From Prochlorococcus sp. AG-418-G18 (GTDB lineage Bacteria; Cyanobacteriota; Cyanobacteriia; PCC-6307; Cyanobiaceae): a stretch of 64,000 bases of DNA. The translations under genes and the position numbers were made by a program. The stretch covers positions 96,026 to 160,025 of the forward strand of contig QCLX01000001.1 of NCBI GenBank assembly GCA_003214215.1, read 5' to 3'. Below are positions 45,300 to 54,431 of this stretch, piece after piece. A model generated the notes under the pieces. It searched no databases and was not told the origin of the DNA. It saw only the letters and a list, made by a program, of their open reading frames with translations. The first letter of the stretch is position 1, and each line of letters opens with the position of its first letter.

Positions 45300-45935
45300 T
45301 TATTTAGGCATTTTATTTTTAGCTAATCCTGAAATTGTAGCTAAAGCAAACATTCCCAAAAGAGCTAAGCCTAGAAATAATCCTGCTCCCTGACTAACCC
45401 CAGCTCCCACAGCTACTAGTATAGAGTCACTGATTAGAAGACTTATTAATAATGCTGGAGTGAATATTTTCCAGCGAGTTCCTCCAATACCAATTGCGTA
45501 GCTTAGGAAATCAAAAAGACCTGTCATTAATAGACCTGTCATAAGAAAGAAATTTTCTTCTAGTTGGTTTTGATTAAAACTTTCAATCTTTTTCATTGCT
45601 TTTGAGCCTACTAAATTACGTACAGGAACTCGACCATAATTTCTTGCAATAAAGAAAGCAGCTTGGCAAAAAACGATATCAGAAAAGATTATTGTAATGT
45701 AACCTTTTTGAAATCCTAGTAATGAACCTGCTAGCAAAGAATACGCTGAACTTGGGAGAGCTGGTAAAATAATACTTACTCCTCTAAGTATGAATATTCC
45801 AAAAGGAGCCCAAATGCCCATACTTTCTATTTTGTCCCTAAGAGGTTCAATCCCATAATTTTGGATTAAATAAATTAATACAACAAATATTGCTATAAAA
45901 AAAACTACTGAGAGAAATTTCTGTATTTTATTCAT
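45300..45935 (-). CDS. TVP38/DedA (SNARE-associated) membrane protein
   Basis: Hydrophobic; P.LP....L.AG..LG, F.IAR.YGR, D.LSY..G. Confidence 0.85.
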   Translation of the reverse strand: MNKIQKFLSVVFFIAIFVVLIYLIQNYGIEPLRDKIESMGIWAPFGIFILRGVSIILPALPSSAYSLLAGSLLGFQKGYITIIFSDIVFCQAAFFIARNYGRVPVRNLVGSKAMKKIESFNQNQLEENFFLMTGLLMTGLFDFLSYAIGIGGTRWKIFTPALLISLLISDSILVAVGAGVSQGAGLFLGLALLGMFALATISGLAKNKMPK

Positions 45936-46083
45936 TACCTTTCTGAAAAATTTATTTGAAGTAAATTCTTAATTCAATATTTGATTGTATCTATAATAGA
46001 AATACTATTCAACAAAAATTTTTACAAATTTTTAATCTTATATTTACACCCAATAAAAGATTTTTGTAATCACAGAAGAAGTT

Positions 46084-46512
46084 ATGGTTAATTCTAATAA
46101 AAAAGTTAATTCGATATTTTTTAGAAATATCATTTGTCTATTCTTTTCGTTAATCTTTTCCTTTTGTATTTCAATAAAACAATCAGTTGCTTTGCCTCAT
46201 GAATGGGTGGGTGTCCCTAAAAGTGAATATGGAGAACAGTTATGGGATAGACAAAGTATAAAAAGAAACAAAGATGGTTCAGTGAGAGTATTGAGTAAAT
46301 TTATTCCCAAAACAAAAAGTGAAATTACAAAGAATATTCTTTATACGATGGATATAAATTGTTTTGAGAAATCATTTAGAGATGTTGATGTTTCGATAGA
46401 TGAAGTAAATAGTAATTTCAATGATTTAGCTGATTGGCGAGATCCAAATGGAGATGAACTGATTTTGGCTCTGATTGGTCAAGTATGCAGAGTTGATAAC
46501 CAAAAATTTTGA
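46084..46512 (+). CDS. Hypothetical exported protein
   Basis: Signal-peptide-like N-terminus; W..VP.S.YG.Q.WD..S, YTMDINC, C-terminal VC. Confidence 0.75.
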   Translation: MVNSNKKVNSIFFRNIICLFFSLIFSFCISIKQSVALPHEWVGVPKSEYGEQLWDRQSIKRNKDGSVRVLSKFIPKTKSEITKNILYTMDINCFEKSFRDVDVSIDEVNSNFNDLADWRDPNGDELILALIGQVCRVDNQKF

Positions 46513-46590
46513 ATTATAAAAATAAAATCAAGAAAATAATTAAGAGGACTCTATACCTAAAAAGAGTAAAACCCTTTTAAAGGAGGGGTT

Positions 46591-46624
46591 TTAAAGGTGC
46601 TAGGACCCAGATTTGAACTGGAGA
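46591..46624 (-). repeat. Duplicated 3' end of tRNA-Phe (att-like direct repeat)
   Basis: ttaaaggtgctaggacccagatttgaactggaga matches 47366-47399 at 32/34 nt. Confidence 0.92.
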
Positions 46625-46889
46625 AAAAATTAAAAATAGTTAATTTTCAGTATCTTTTTGGTACCAAAAAGACCCTTTTTGGGGTTAATTTTTTTAACTA
46701 ACATTCCATATCCATTTAATAAGAATGGTTGTGCAGGATAATTTCTATTACAAAATGGAATGTTATTAACTCAATTAAATATTAGTTTGCTTAATAAAGT
46801 ATTAAGTATTATTTCTAAAAGGCTTTAAAAAAAATATATGTTTTATTTTTAGTCAACCAAAATTTTAGAGAATATAAAGGAATTTTAAT

Positions 46890-47063
46890 ATGAAAGATTT
46901 CCTACTAAAAATTTTTAACTTTCTAAAAGATCTTTACAATAAACTTATTAAATTTTTAAAAAGTATTTCACCTGAAGAGAAGCCAGTTGAGGAAGAGAAG
47001 CCAGTTGAGGAAGAGAAGCCAGTTGAGGAAGAGAAGCAAGCTGAAGATGAAAAACCAGTTTAA
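46890..47063 (+). CDS. 57-aa protein with amphipathic N-terminal helix and EEKPVE repeats (not in ORF track)
   Basis: MKDFLLKIFNFLKDLYNKLIKFLKSISPEEKPVEEEKPVEEEKPVEEEKQAEDEKPV; AAGGA SD-like sequence 8 nt upstream of the ATG. Confidence 0.65.
   Translation: MKDFLLKIFNFLKDLYNKLIKFLKSISPEEKPVEEEKPVEEEKPVEEEKQAEDEKPV
46974..47060 (+). repeat. 18-bp tandem repeat (GAAGAGAAGCCAGTTGAG x3 plus two degenerate units)
   Basis: Perfect units at 46974, 46992 and 47010; degenerate units at 47028 and 47046. Confidence 0.95.
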
Positions 47064-47327
47064 AAAAGATGGCGTACTGAATGTAATGTTTATGCAACTA
47101 CAGCAAGCATTTTAAAAGGACTCAAGAAATGGATGATATGAGTGAAAACATCAGATTATACTTCTATGGAGATGGAATGTAAGTTCTGGGAATTAAAAAA
47201 TTAGTATTTTATTGCTCAACTAACATTCCACTTACATCCCAAATATATTCCTCTCAGAGAGTTTTTTGCTCTTTGAGTGTTTCTTTAGATATCCTGAAAA
47301 TAACTTTCAGAAATAATTTTAGGCATT

Positions 47328-47350
47328 AAAAAAGCATCTTTTCAGATGCT
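47328..47350 (-). terminator. Rho-independent terminator downstream of tRNA-Phe
   Basis: Minus strand AGCATCT-GAAA-AGATGCT followed by a T tract. Confidence 0.85.
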
Positions 47351-47372
47351 CATTTTACCCTTTTATTAAAGG

Positions 47373-47445
47373 TGCCAGGACCCAGATTTGAACTGGGGAC
47401 ACGGCGATTTTCAGTCGCCTGCTCTACCAACTGAGCTATCCCGGC
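47373..47445 (-). tRNA. trnF: tRNA-Phe(GAA)
   Basis: Reverse complement GCCGGGATAGCTCAGTTGGTAGAGCAGGCGACTGAAAATCGCCGTGTCCCCAGTTCAAATCTGGGTCCTGGCA. Confidence 0.98.
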
Positions 47446-47534
47446 TTCAACTTATATACTTTAAATTAAGATGTGCAGTTTGTGAAACCCTTTTAATTAA
47501 AAATTTGATTTCTTGATCAAATATTCAAAAACTA

Positions 47535-48764
47535 TTATTTTGAATTAATTGCTAATAAGGCAGTACCAAAAGAAGTAGTTTTATGACATGAAACAATAGG
47601 TATCTTAATAATTTTTTCTCTTATTTTTCTCCACTGAGGGTTTTTTGAACCTCCACCAATAGTAATAATTTTTTTTGGAAGTGAACCTGTAAGTTCGCCT
47701 AGTTTTTCCCATCCTTTCAATTCAATTTTAGCTAGACCCTCAAATAATGCATGTAAATAAAGTGAGTCGCTTACTGGTCTAGGGCCAAGAATAGGCTCTA
47801 AATTTGAATTATTAATAGGAAATCTCTCTCCCTTACTATTGAGAGGTAAAAGATTTAAAGAAGTGTTTTTCGATGGATTTATTTGTCGACTTAGTTCCTT
47901 GATTTCTAAATCAGAAAAGAATTTAGATAGGATACCGCATCCTGCGTTTGATGCTCCTCCACAGATCCAATCGCCATTGACTCTATGGGTTGTAATTCCT
48001 TTTTGTTTTATTGGGTTTTTAACTATTTTTTTAACAACAATAGTTGTCCCTAAAACTGTGAGACCATCTTCTTTATCTAAACCTGCAGCTATGAAACTTG
48101 CATTAGAATCAGTGGTGCCTGAGATTAAAAGTAATTTCTTATTCAAATTATAATTTTCTGCTAAATCAGAATTGACTTGTCCAATCATTTTTCCACTTCT
48201 TAATATTTTAGGCAAGCATTTTTGCCATGAAGTATTAAGAAAGCTTTTTGGCCATGATTCTTTTTTTAGATCCCAACCAAGTTTGAGATTATTACCTTCT
48301 TCTCCATGAGTCCAATCTTTTAAAAACCATCCAGTTATCCAATCAGATTGATGCCTTAAAAGTATATTTGTCCCATATTTATCTATTAGATTTAATGCTT
48401 TTGCAAGACTACTGTATGGAGTTTGTAAGTGATCTTCTCCAGAAGTTAAGGATTCTAGAAGGATCTTATTTTCATTACATGCTTGGTCATAAGGTATTGC
48501 TTCTCCTAAAGGCTCCCCTTTTAAATTAAATGCTGTCAAAGTTCCTGAGGTGCCTGATATAGCCAATTTATGAAGGTTACTTTTTACCACAATAGGTAAA
48601 CTTTCTAAGAGTTTTTCGCAAGAATTGATCCAAGAATTTGGATTTTTAAAGCTTTTTATATAAGGAACTGAATTTGAATATACTAATTCCTTATAAAGAT
48701 TTATTATAGATATTCTTACACCACTTGTTCCGAAATCTAAACCTCCATAAAAATTATCAGGCAT
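47535..48764 (-). CDS. FGGY family carbohydrate kinase
   Basis: GLDFGTSG, GTTDS, GERFP, GGGSKN. Confidence 0.9.
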   Translation of the reverse strand: MPDNFYGGLDFGTSGVRISIINLYKELVYSNSVPYIKSFKNPNSWINSCEKLLESLPIVVKSNLHKLAISGTSGTLTAFNLKGEPLGEAIPYDQACNENKILLESLTSGEDHLQTPYSSLAKALNLIDKYGTNILLRHQSDWITGWFLKDWTHGEEGNNLKLGWDLKKESWPKSFLNTSWQKCLPKILRSGKMIGQVNSDLAENYNLNKKLLLISGTTDSNASFIAAGLDKEDGLTVLGTTIVVKKIVKNPIKQKGITTHRVNGDWICGGASNAGCGILSKFFSDLEIKELSRQINPSKNTSLNLLPLNSKGERFPINNSNLEPILGPRPVSDSLYLHALFEGLAKIELKGWEKLGELTGSLPKKIITIGGGSKNPQWRKIREKIIKIPIVSCHKTTSFGTALLAINSK

Positions 48765-48776
48765 AGAATAAATATT

Positions 48777-50018
48777 TTATGAAAATACTTTAGATGCCTG
48801 TGCTAATTCGGCTGCTTTTTCTTCTACATTTTCCCAAGGGAGCTCAAGATCTCTTCTGCCAAAATGTCCGTAGGATGCAGTCTTTCTGAAAAAATTTCCA
48901 CCCATTTTTTTTGGTAGGTTTCTTAAGTCAAATTCTTTTATTATTGCTGCAGGTCTTAAATCAAAGTGGTCTTTAATAAGCTCATTCAAATTAGCTTGAG
49001 AAATAACACCAGTATCAAAAGTTTCAACGAGAATGGAAATTGGTTTTGCAACCCCAATTGCATAACTTAATTGTACTTCTGCTTTTTTTGCCAATTTTGC
49101 CTTGACTATACTTTTAGCTACATAACGTGCTGCATAAGCAGCTGATCTATCCACTTTTGTGGGATCTTTGCCCGAAAATGCTCCTCCTCCATGTCTTGCA
49201 TAGCCACCATAAGTATCTACAATAATTTTTCTGCCAGTAAGCCCGGCATCTCCTTGAGGCCCTCCTACTACAAATTTTCCCGTAGGGTTTACTAGGAATC
49301 TTGTCTTGTGAATGTTTGGTTTAATTTCTAAATCTTCAGTAGCAGGAATCACAACATTCGTCCACAAATCTTCTTTTATTCTTTGACGAATTTCCTCTTC
49401 ATTTGTGATTCCATCAATTGCGGGATTATGTTGAGTCGAAATTAAAATGGTATTAATCGAAACTGGCACCCCTTTTTCGTAATCAATGCTTACTTGAGTT
49501 TTCCCGTCAGGGAGGAGATAATTAAGGACACCTTCATGTCTTATTTTGGCAAGTTGAATGGCTAATCTATGTGCCAAGCTAATCGGTAAAGGCATCAATT
49601 CAGGCGTTTCATCGCATGCATAGCCAAACATTATCCCTTGGTCACCAGCTCCGGTATTATCTTCCAAATCATCGTTAACATCATCTGCGTCGTTTACTCC
49701 TTGAGAAATATCTGGTGATTGCTCGTCAAGTGCTAATAAAACAGCACAACTATTTGCGTCAAAACCACCTGCTTTATAGCCTTCATATCCAATTTCTTTA
49801 ATTACATTTCTAACGAGTTTTATATAATCAACTTTTGCTTTTGAAGTTATTTCTCCAGTAAGTAAACAAAGACCAGTATTAACCACAGTTTCGCAAGCAA
49901 CTCTGCTTTCAGGATCTTCCGTTAATAAAGCATCTAAAACAGCGTCACTTATTTGATCACATATTTTGTCAGGATGACCTTCAGTTACAGATTCGGAAGT
50001 GAAGATGAAATCACTCAT
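48777..50018 (-). CDS. metK: S-adenosylmethionine synthetase
   Basis: [28 protein letters not shown]. Confidence 0.99.
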   Translation of the reverse strand: MSDFIFTSESVTEGHPDKICDQISDAVLDALLTEDPESRVACETVVNTGLCLLTGEITSKAKVDYIKLVRNVIKEIGYEGYKAGGFDANSCAVLLALDEQSPDISQGVNDADDVNDDLEDNTGAGDQGIMFGYACDETPELMPLPISLAHRLAIQLAKIRHEGVLNYLLPDGKTQVSIDYEKGVPVSINTILISTQHNPAIDGITNEEEIRQRIKEDLWTNVVIPATEDLEIKPNIHKTRFLVNPTGKFVVGGPQGDAGLTGRKIIVDTYGGYARHGGGAFSGKDPTKVDRSAAYAARYVAKSIVKAKLAKKAEVQLSYAIGVAKPISILVETFDTGVISQANLNELIKDHFDLRPAAIIKEFDLRNLPKKMGGNFFRKTASYGHFGRRDLELPWENVEEKAAELAQASKVFS

Positions 50019-50157
50019 TTAAATATTGTATTTGAATATTGACTAATATCCTAAATTACACTGCAGTAACTAATCAATAATTGTAAATTAAAAAAATTGT
50101 TTAAAAAATAAAGAGACTAATTATTGTGATATGCGCACTCATTAGAAAAAAGTAAAT

Positions 50158-51258
50158 TTAGACAGTTTCAGATGAATCTGATGGGTTTTCTTCATTATCA
50201 TCAGTTTGTTCAAATAACATTTGCTTATATTTTGCCGCCATTTCTTCAGCTTTACTAAAAACTTTTTGAGGGTCAGTTAGCATGTCGCCAGGTTCAGGTT
50301 CAAGTGCTTTTGTTGATAATGAAATTCTTCCTCTCTCTGAATCAAGGTCAATGATCATAACTTTCATTTGGTCACTAACATTTAGAACGTTGTGAGGGGT
50401 CTCGATATGTTCATGACTTATCTCAGAAATGTGTAATAGACCACTAACTCCTCCAATATCAATAAAAGCTCCATAAGGTTTGATACCTTTGACAGAACCT
50501 ACGACAACTTCACCCACCTCAAGTCTATTCATCTTTTTCTCAACCAAAGCTCTTCTATGACTTAGTACTAATCTATTTCTCTCTTCATCAACTTCAAGAA
50601 ATTTTAAAGGAAGGTACTCACCTTCTAAGTCATCTTTAATTCTTCGAGCGCTTATATGCGAGCCTGGGATAAACCCTCTCAAGCCCTCTACTCTTACTAG
50701 AGCTCCACCTCTGTTTGTTGCAAAAACTTCAGAATAAATAGTTGCATCTTCTTTCTGAAGTTGTCTAACTCTTTCCCATGCTCTTTGATATTCAATTCTT
50801 CTAATCGAAAGCGCTAATTGGCCATCTTCATTTTCTTCGCTCATTATGAAAAACTCTCTGCTTTCTGACGGTTGCAAAACATCATCAAGTCCTTCAACTC
50901 TATTTATTGAAACCTCTTGAACAGGCATAAAAGCAGCTGTTTTTGCTCCTATGTCTATCATTGCCCCTTTAGGTTCTAAAGCAAAAACTGTTCCTTTTAC
51001 TAGATCACCAGGTTTGAAGTTATAGTCATATTTACCTAAGAGTGATGCAAATTCCTCTTGTGTGAATCCTGCATTATCAAAATCTATATTTGCTCTACTA
51101 GATGAAGAATCCGCTGAAGGAATATCGTTCTTTTCGAAAGACAAATCTTCCTCATTTTGGGATACTGAATCATCTTTTAATTCAGACGAATTTTTAATTT
51201 CTTTTTCTTCAGAAAGTTCTTTTATGGTTTGGGAAGAATTTTCGTTCATTTTTGGCAT
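50158..51258 (-). CDS. rpsA: 30S ribosomal protein S1
   Basis: Three S1 domains (DIGAK, LRGFIPGSH, GLLHISEIS); alternative start ATG 51249. Confidence 0.95.
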   Translation of the reverse strand: MPKMNENSSQTIKELSEEKEIKNSSELKDDSVSQNEEDLSFEKNDIPSADSSSSRANIDFDNAGFTQEEFASLLGKYDYNFKPGDLVKGTVFALEPKGAMIDIGAKTAAFMPVQEVSINRVEGLDDVLQPSESREFFIMSEENEDGQLALSIRRIEYQRAWERVRQLQKEDATIYSEVFATNRGGALVRVEGLRGFIPGSHISARRIKDDLEGEYLPLKFLEVDEERNRLVLSHRRALVEKKMNRLEVGEVVVGSVKGIKPYGAFIDIGGVSGLLHISEISHEHIETPHNVLNVSDQMKVMIIDLDSERGRISLSTKALEPEPGDMLTDPQKVFSKAEEMAAKYKQMLFEQTDDNEENPSDSSETV

Positions 51259-51357
51259 CGCAGACTACCTAAGGTAGTTAGAAAGGAATGCTATTAGCCT
51301 GCAAACTAATAGCAAAAGCATTTGTGCTATGTATTCTACACTTTAAGATGCTGAATT

Positions 51358-51837
51358 TTATAAAATTGAAGCTAATTGGTTTTTTGAATTCCCTTTAAGA
51401 GATTCAAGAGTAGAGATAAAATCTTTTACTCCATTAAATTTTCTATAAACTGAAGCATATCTTATGTAAGCTACTTCGTTTTCTTTCCTAAGACTCTTCA
51501 GTATTAAATCTCCAATTTGAGAAGATTTAATATCTTTATTAGAATACTGTATGATTTGTGATTCAATTCCATCTACAAAGTTAATGATTGCTTCGCTTGT
51601 GAAGGTAGTCTTTTCGCAGGCTCGTGATATGCCGGTATATAGTTTTTGTTTATCAAATAATTCTCTACCCCCATCTTTTTTAATAACTGAAATGGGCATT
51701 GTCTCAACTCTTTCATAAGTAGTAAATCTAAAGCTGCAATTTAAGCATTCTCTTCTTCTCCTAACACTTTTACCACTATCTGCAGATCTTGATTCCAAAA
51801 CTCTGCTATCTGTATTTTGACAGGTAGGACACTGCAT
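51358..51837 (-). CDS. nrdR: Transcriptional repressor NrdR
   Basis: CPTC..RRRREC..C..RFTTYE Zn ribbon; ATP cone; [10 protein letters not shown]. Confidence 0.97.
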   Translation of the reverse strand: MQCPTCQNTDSRVLESRSADSGKSVRRRRECLNCSFRFTTYERVETMPISVIKKDGGRELFDKQKLYTGISRACEKTTFTSEAIINFVDGIESQIIQYSNKDIKSSQIGDLILKSLRKENEVAYIRYASVYRKFNGVKDFISTLESLKGNSKNQLASIL

Positions 51838-51896
51838 TTAGTGAAATAAGATTAACTCCAACCCTAATAGTAGATTATTATTTTGATTATGAAAAG

Positions 51897-51926
51897 TAAA
51901 AAACCTCTTTAACAAGAGGTTTTTTA
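51897..51926 (-). terminator. Terminator after psbB-psbT
   Basis: TAAAAAACCTCTT-TAAC-AAGAGGTTTTTTA hairpin with flanking A/T tracts. Confidence 0.88.
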
Positions 51927-51932
51927 TAAATC

Positions 51933-52031
51933 TCATTTTCTATCAAATTTAGGGGGATCTCTAAAGGCGACAGCAAAGAACAGTGTTACAACTGCGAGAG
52001 TTAAAATAAGGACGTAAGCAAAAGCTTCCAT
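51933..52031 (-). CDS. psbT: Photosystem II protein T (not in ORF track)
   Basis: Hand translation [32 protein letters not shown]. Confidence 0.97.
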   Translation of the reverse strand: MEAFAYVLILTLAVVTLFFAVAFRDPPKFDRK

Positions 52032-52054
52032 AAGATTAAATAATTAAGTTTAGT

Positions 52055-53578
52055 TTAGACCCTTCCAGGGATTCTTCTTGTGGTTTCGTCACCAAGCTTT
52101 TTGAATAAACCAAATTCAACTTGATCACCAATCTCAGAATCAATACCAGCAAAGGAATTTTTATAAAGAGTTCTTGAAGCATGCCACCAGTGGCCAAATA
52201 AGAATAATAATCCGAAACATAAATGCGCATATGTAAACCAAGCTCTTGGTGAGCTTCGGAATACCCCATCAGATTTGTAAGTTTCTCTATCAAATTTGAA
52301 TGCTTCTCCAAGTTGAGCTTTTCTAGCTAATCTTTTTACAACTGCAGGATCAGTAAATGTTTGACCATTTAAGTCTCCTCCATAAATAGTTGCAGTGATG
52401 CCAGTTTGCTCAAATGAATACTTTGCTTCTGCTCTTCTAAATGGAATATCTGCTCTTACATTACCTTCTTTATCTTCAAGTATGACTGGAAAGTTTTCAA
52501 AGAAATTAGGTATTCTTCTGACTTCTAAATCATTACCATCTTTGTCTTGGAAGGTAATATGACCTTGCCAACCAGTTGGCAAGCCATCACCATTAACGAG
52601 AGCTCCAACCCTGAATAAACCTCCTTTAGCAGGACTATTCCCAACATAATCGTAGAAGGCTAGTTTTTCTGGAATAGATTCATATGCCTCAGCTTTAGTG
52701 GCACCTTTATCTATTTCAGCTTGAACTCTTCTATTGATTTCAGTTTTAAAATAGCCTGAGTCCCATTGATATCTGGTAGGACCAAATAACTCAACTGGAG
52801 TTGTTGCTGAACCGTACCACATTGTGCCTGCAACTACAAAAGATACAAAAAGTACAGCAGCAAGAGCACTAGCTAGGACTCCTTCAAGACTTCCAAGTTT
52901 GAGTGCTCTGTAAAGTCTTTCTCCAGGTCTATTAGTAATATGAAAAATTCCTCCAATAATACCCATTAGCCCAGCAGCTATGTGATTTGCGACTATTCCA
53001 CCAGGATTAAAGGGATTAAATCCCTCTACACCCCAAGAAGGAGCTACAGGCTCAACATGTCCAGTTAAACCATATGGATCAGAAACCCAAATACCCACGT
53101 TTGCGCAATGAAATGCTCCAAATCCAAAACATGTAAGCCCAGCAAGAAGAAGATGAATTCCAAAAATTCTTGGTAAATCAAGAGCAGGCTCACCTGTTCT
53201 GGAATCTTCCCATAGGTCCAAGTCCCAATATGTCCAGTGCCATATGGAGGCCAACATCAATAGTCCACTAAATACTATGTGAGCTGCTGCAACTCCTTCA
53301 AAACTCCAGAATCCAGGATCAACCCCTGTAGCACCCGTGATATCCCATCCGTTCCAACTACTTGTGATACCTAGTCTTGCCATGAATGGCATAACGTACA
53401 TTCCCTGTCTCCACATTGGATTGAGAACAGCATCAGAAGGATCAAAAATGGCTAATTCATAAAGAGCCATAGAACCGGCCCAGCCGGCTAATAATGCAGT
53501 ATGCATGAGATGCACAGCAAGTAGTCGACCTGGGTCGTTAATAACTACTGTGTGAACTCGATACCAAGGCAATCCCAT
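52055..53578 (-). CDS. psbB: Photosystem II CP47
   Basis: [26 protein letters not shown]; canonical CP47 sequence. Confidence 0.99.
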   Translation of the reverse strand: MGLPWYRVHTVVINDPGRLLAVHLMHTALLAGWAGSMALYELAIFDPSDAVLNPMWRQGMYVMPFMARLGITSSWNGWDITGATGVDPGFWSFEGVAAAHIVFSGLLMLASIWHWTYWDLDLWEDSRTGEPALDLPRIFGIHLLLAGLTCFGFGAFHCANVGIWVSDPYGLTGHVEPVAPSWGVEGFNPFNPGGIVANHIAAGLMGIIGGIFHITNRPGERLYRALKLGSLEGVLASALAAVLFVSFVVAGTMWYGSATTPVELFGPTRYQWDSGYFKTEINRRVQAEIDKGATKAEAYESIPEKLAFYDYVGNSPAKGGLFRVGALVNGDGLPTGWQGHITFQDKDGNDLEVRRIPNFFENFPVILEDKEGNVRADIPFRRAEAKYSFEQTGITATIYGGDLNGQTFTDPAVVKRLARKAQLGEAFKFDRETYKSDGVFRSSPRAWFTYAHLCFGLLFLFGHWWHASRTLYKNSFAGIDSEIGDQVEFGLFKKLGDETTRRIPGRV

Positions 53579-53802
53579 CGGTTAATTTCTAGTAACTATG
53601 CTGATTGAACAGCTAAACATCACGATAGTAAGGGTTTTTTAGCCTTTGAGGGATTTTTGTAAATAAATTTATTTTCTTGCAAAAATTGGGCAAATTAATT
53701 TGCACCACTGTGGTTACAAGGAATTTTTAGCTAAAAATTGTTAATATTTTGGTCACAATTCTCAAAGTAAAACGCCAAAATAAGAAAAATAACAAAAAAA
53801 AA

Positions 53803-54165
53803 ATGGCAACAATCAGATTCCTACGTGAGGATTTAGAGGTTAAATGTAATCCTGGTGAAAATTTAAGAGAACTGATAATCAAAGAAAACCTACAACTGTA
53901 TGGTTTAAAAGGTATTTTAGGAAATTGTGGAGGAGCAGGTCAGTGTAGTACTTGTTTTATTTCAGTTGAGGGCGGTAACAAAAATTCTTTAAGCCCTCTT
54001 ACTTCAGTTGAAGAAGAAAAACTAAAAAATAGACCAGAAAATTGGCGATTAGCATGTCAAACCTTAATTAAGTCCTCCACAGTAATTTTGACAAAACCAC
54101 AATCTCCTCCCTCAAATCTGGAGGATCTAAAGAAAACAAGTGAAAATAAAAAATTAGCTCGCTAA
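53803..54165 (+). CDS. 2Fe-2S ferredoxin-like protein
   Basis: NCGGAGQCSTC and RLACQ; start placed at ATG 53803. Confidence 0.92.
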   Translation: MATIRFLREDLEVKCNPGENLRELIIKENLQLYGLKGILGNCGGAGQCSTCFISVEGGNKNSLSPLTSVEEEKLKNRPENWRLACQTLIKSSTVILTKPQSPPSNLEDLKKTSENKKLAR

Positions 54166-54267
54166 ATTGTTTAAGACTGTTAATCAGTTGATAAAATTTG
54201 TTGATTTTTCCACTTTATTTCAAATTATATGTCTATAGTCTTATTACCTAATAGAACAGCCACCTAA

Positions 54268-54420
54268 ATGGAAACAACTAATTTTGGATTCGTAGCTAGC
54301 CTTTTATTTGTAGGAGTGCCAACAATATTCCTCATAGGTTTATTTATATCTACTCAAGATGGCGAAAAATCAAGCTTCTACTCTGATTCTAGTAAGGGTA
54401 AGCTTGGCCCTAAACGCTAA
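54268..54420 (+). CDS. psbM: Photosystem II protein M (not in ORF track)
   Basis: Hand translation METTNFGFVASLLFVGVPTIFLIGLFISTQDGEKSSFYSDSSKGKLGPKR. Confidence 0.95.
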   Translation: METTNFGFVASLLFVGVPTIFLIGLFISTQDGEKSSFYSDSSKGKLGPKR

Positions 54421-54431
54421 AGCTTTAATAA

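Larger units (their letters stand above)
46591..47399. mobile_element. tRNA-Phe-integrated islet without integrase (remnant or non-autonomous element)
   Basis: 741 bp of AT-rich DNA between two copies of the tRNA 3' end; internal repeated motifs; one small cargo ORF. Confidence 0.72.

Noticed and set aside
46974-47060. Short repeat array as a possible CRISPR
   Set aside because: Units are contiguous with no unique spacers, they are in frame within an ORF, and no cas genes are present.
47064-47326. Short broken reading frames in the right part of the islet (e.g. KRWRTECNVY..., KLFLKVIFR...*EEYIWDV...)
   Set aside because: No recognisable motif, very short, and they overlap the repeated DNA motifs; a pseudogene call cannot be supported.
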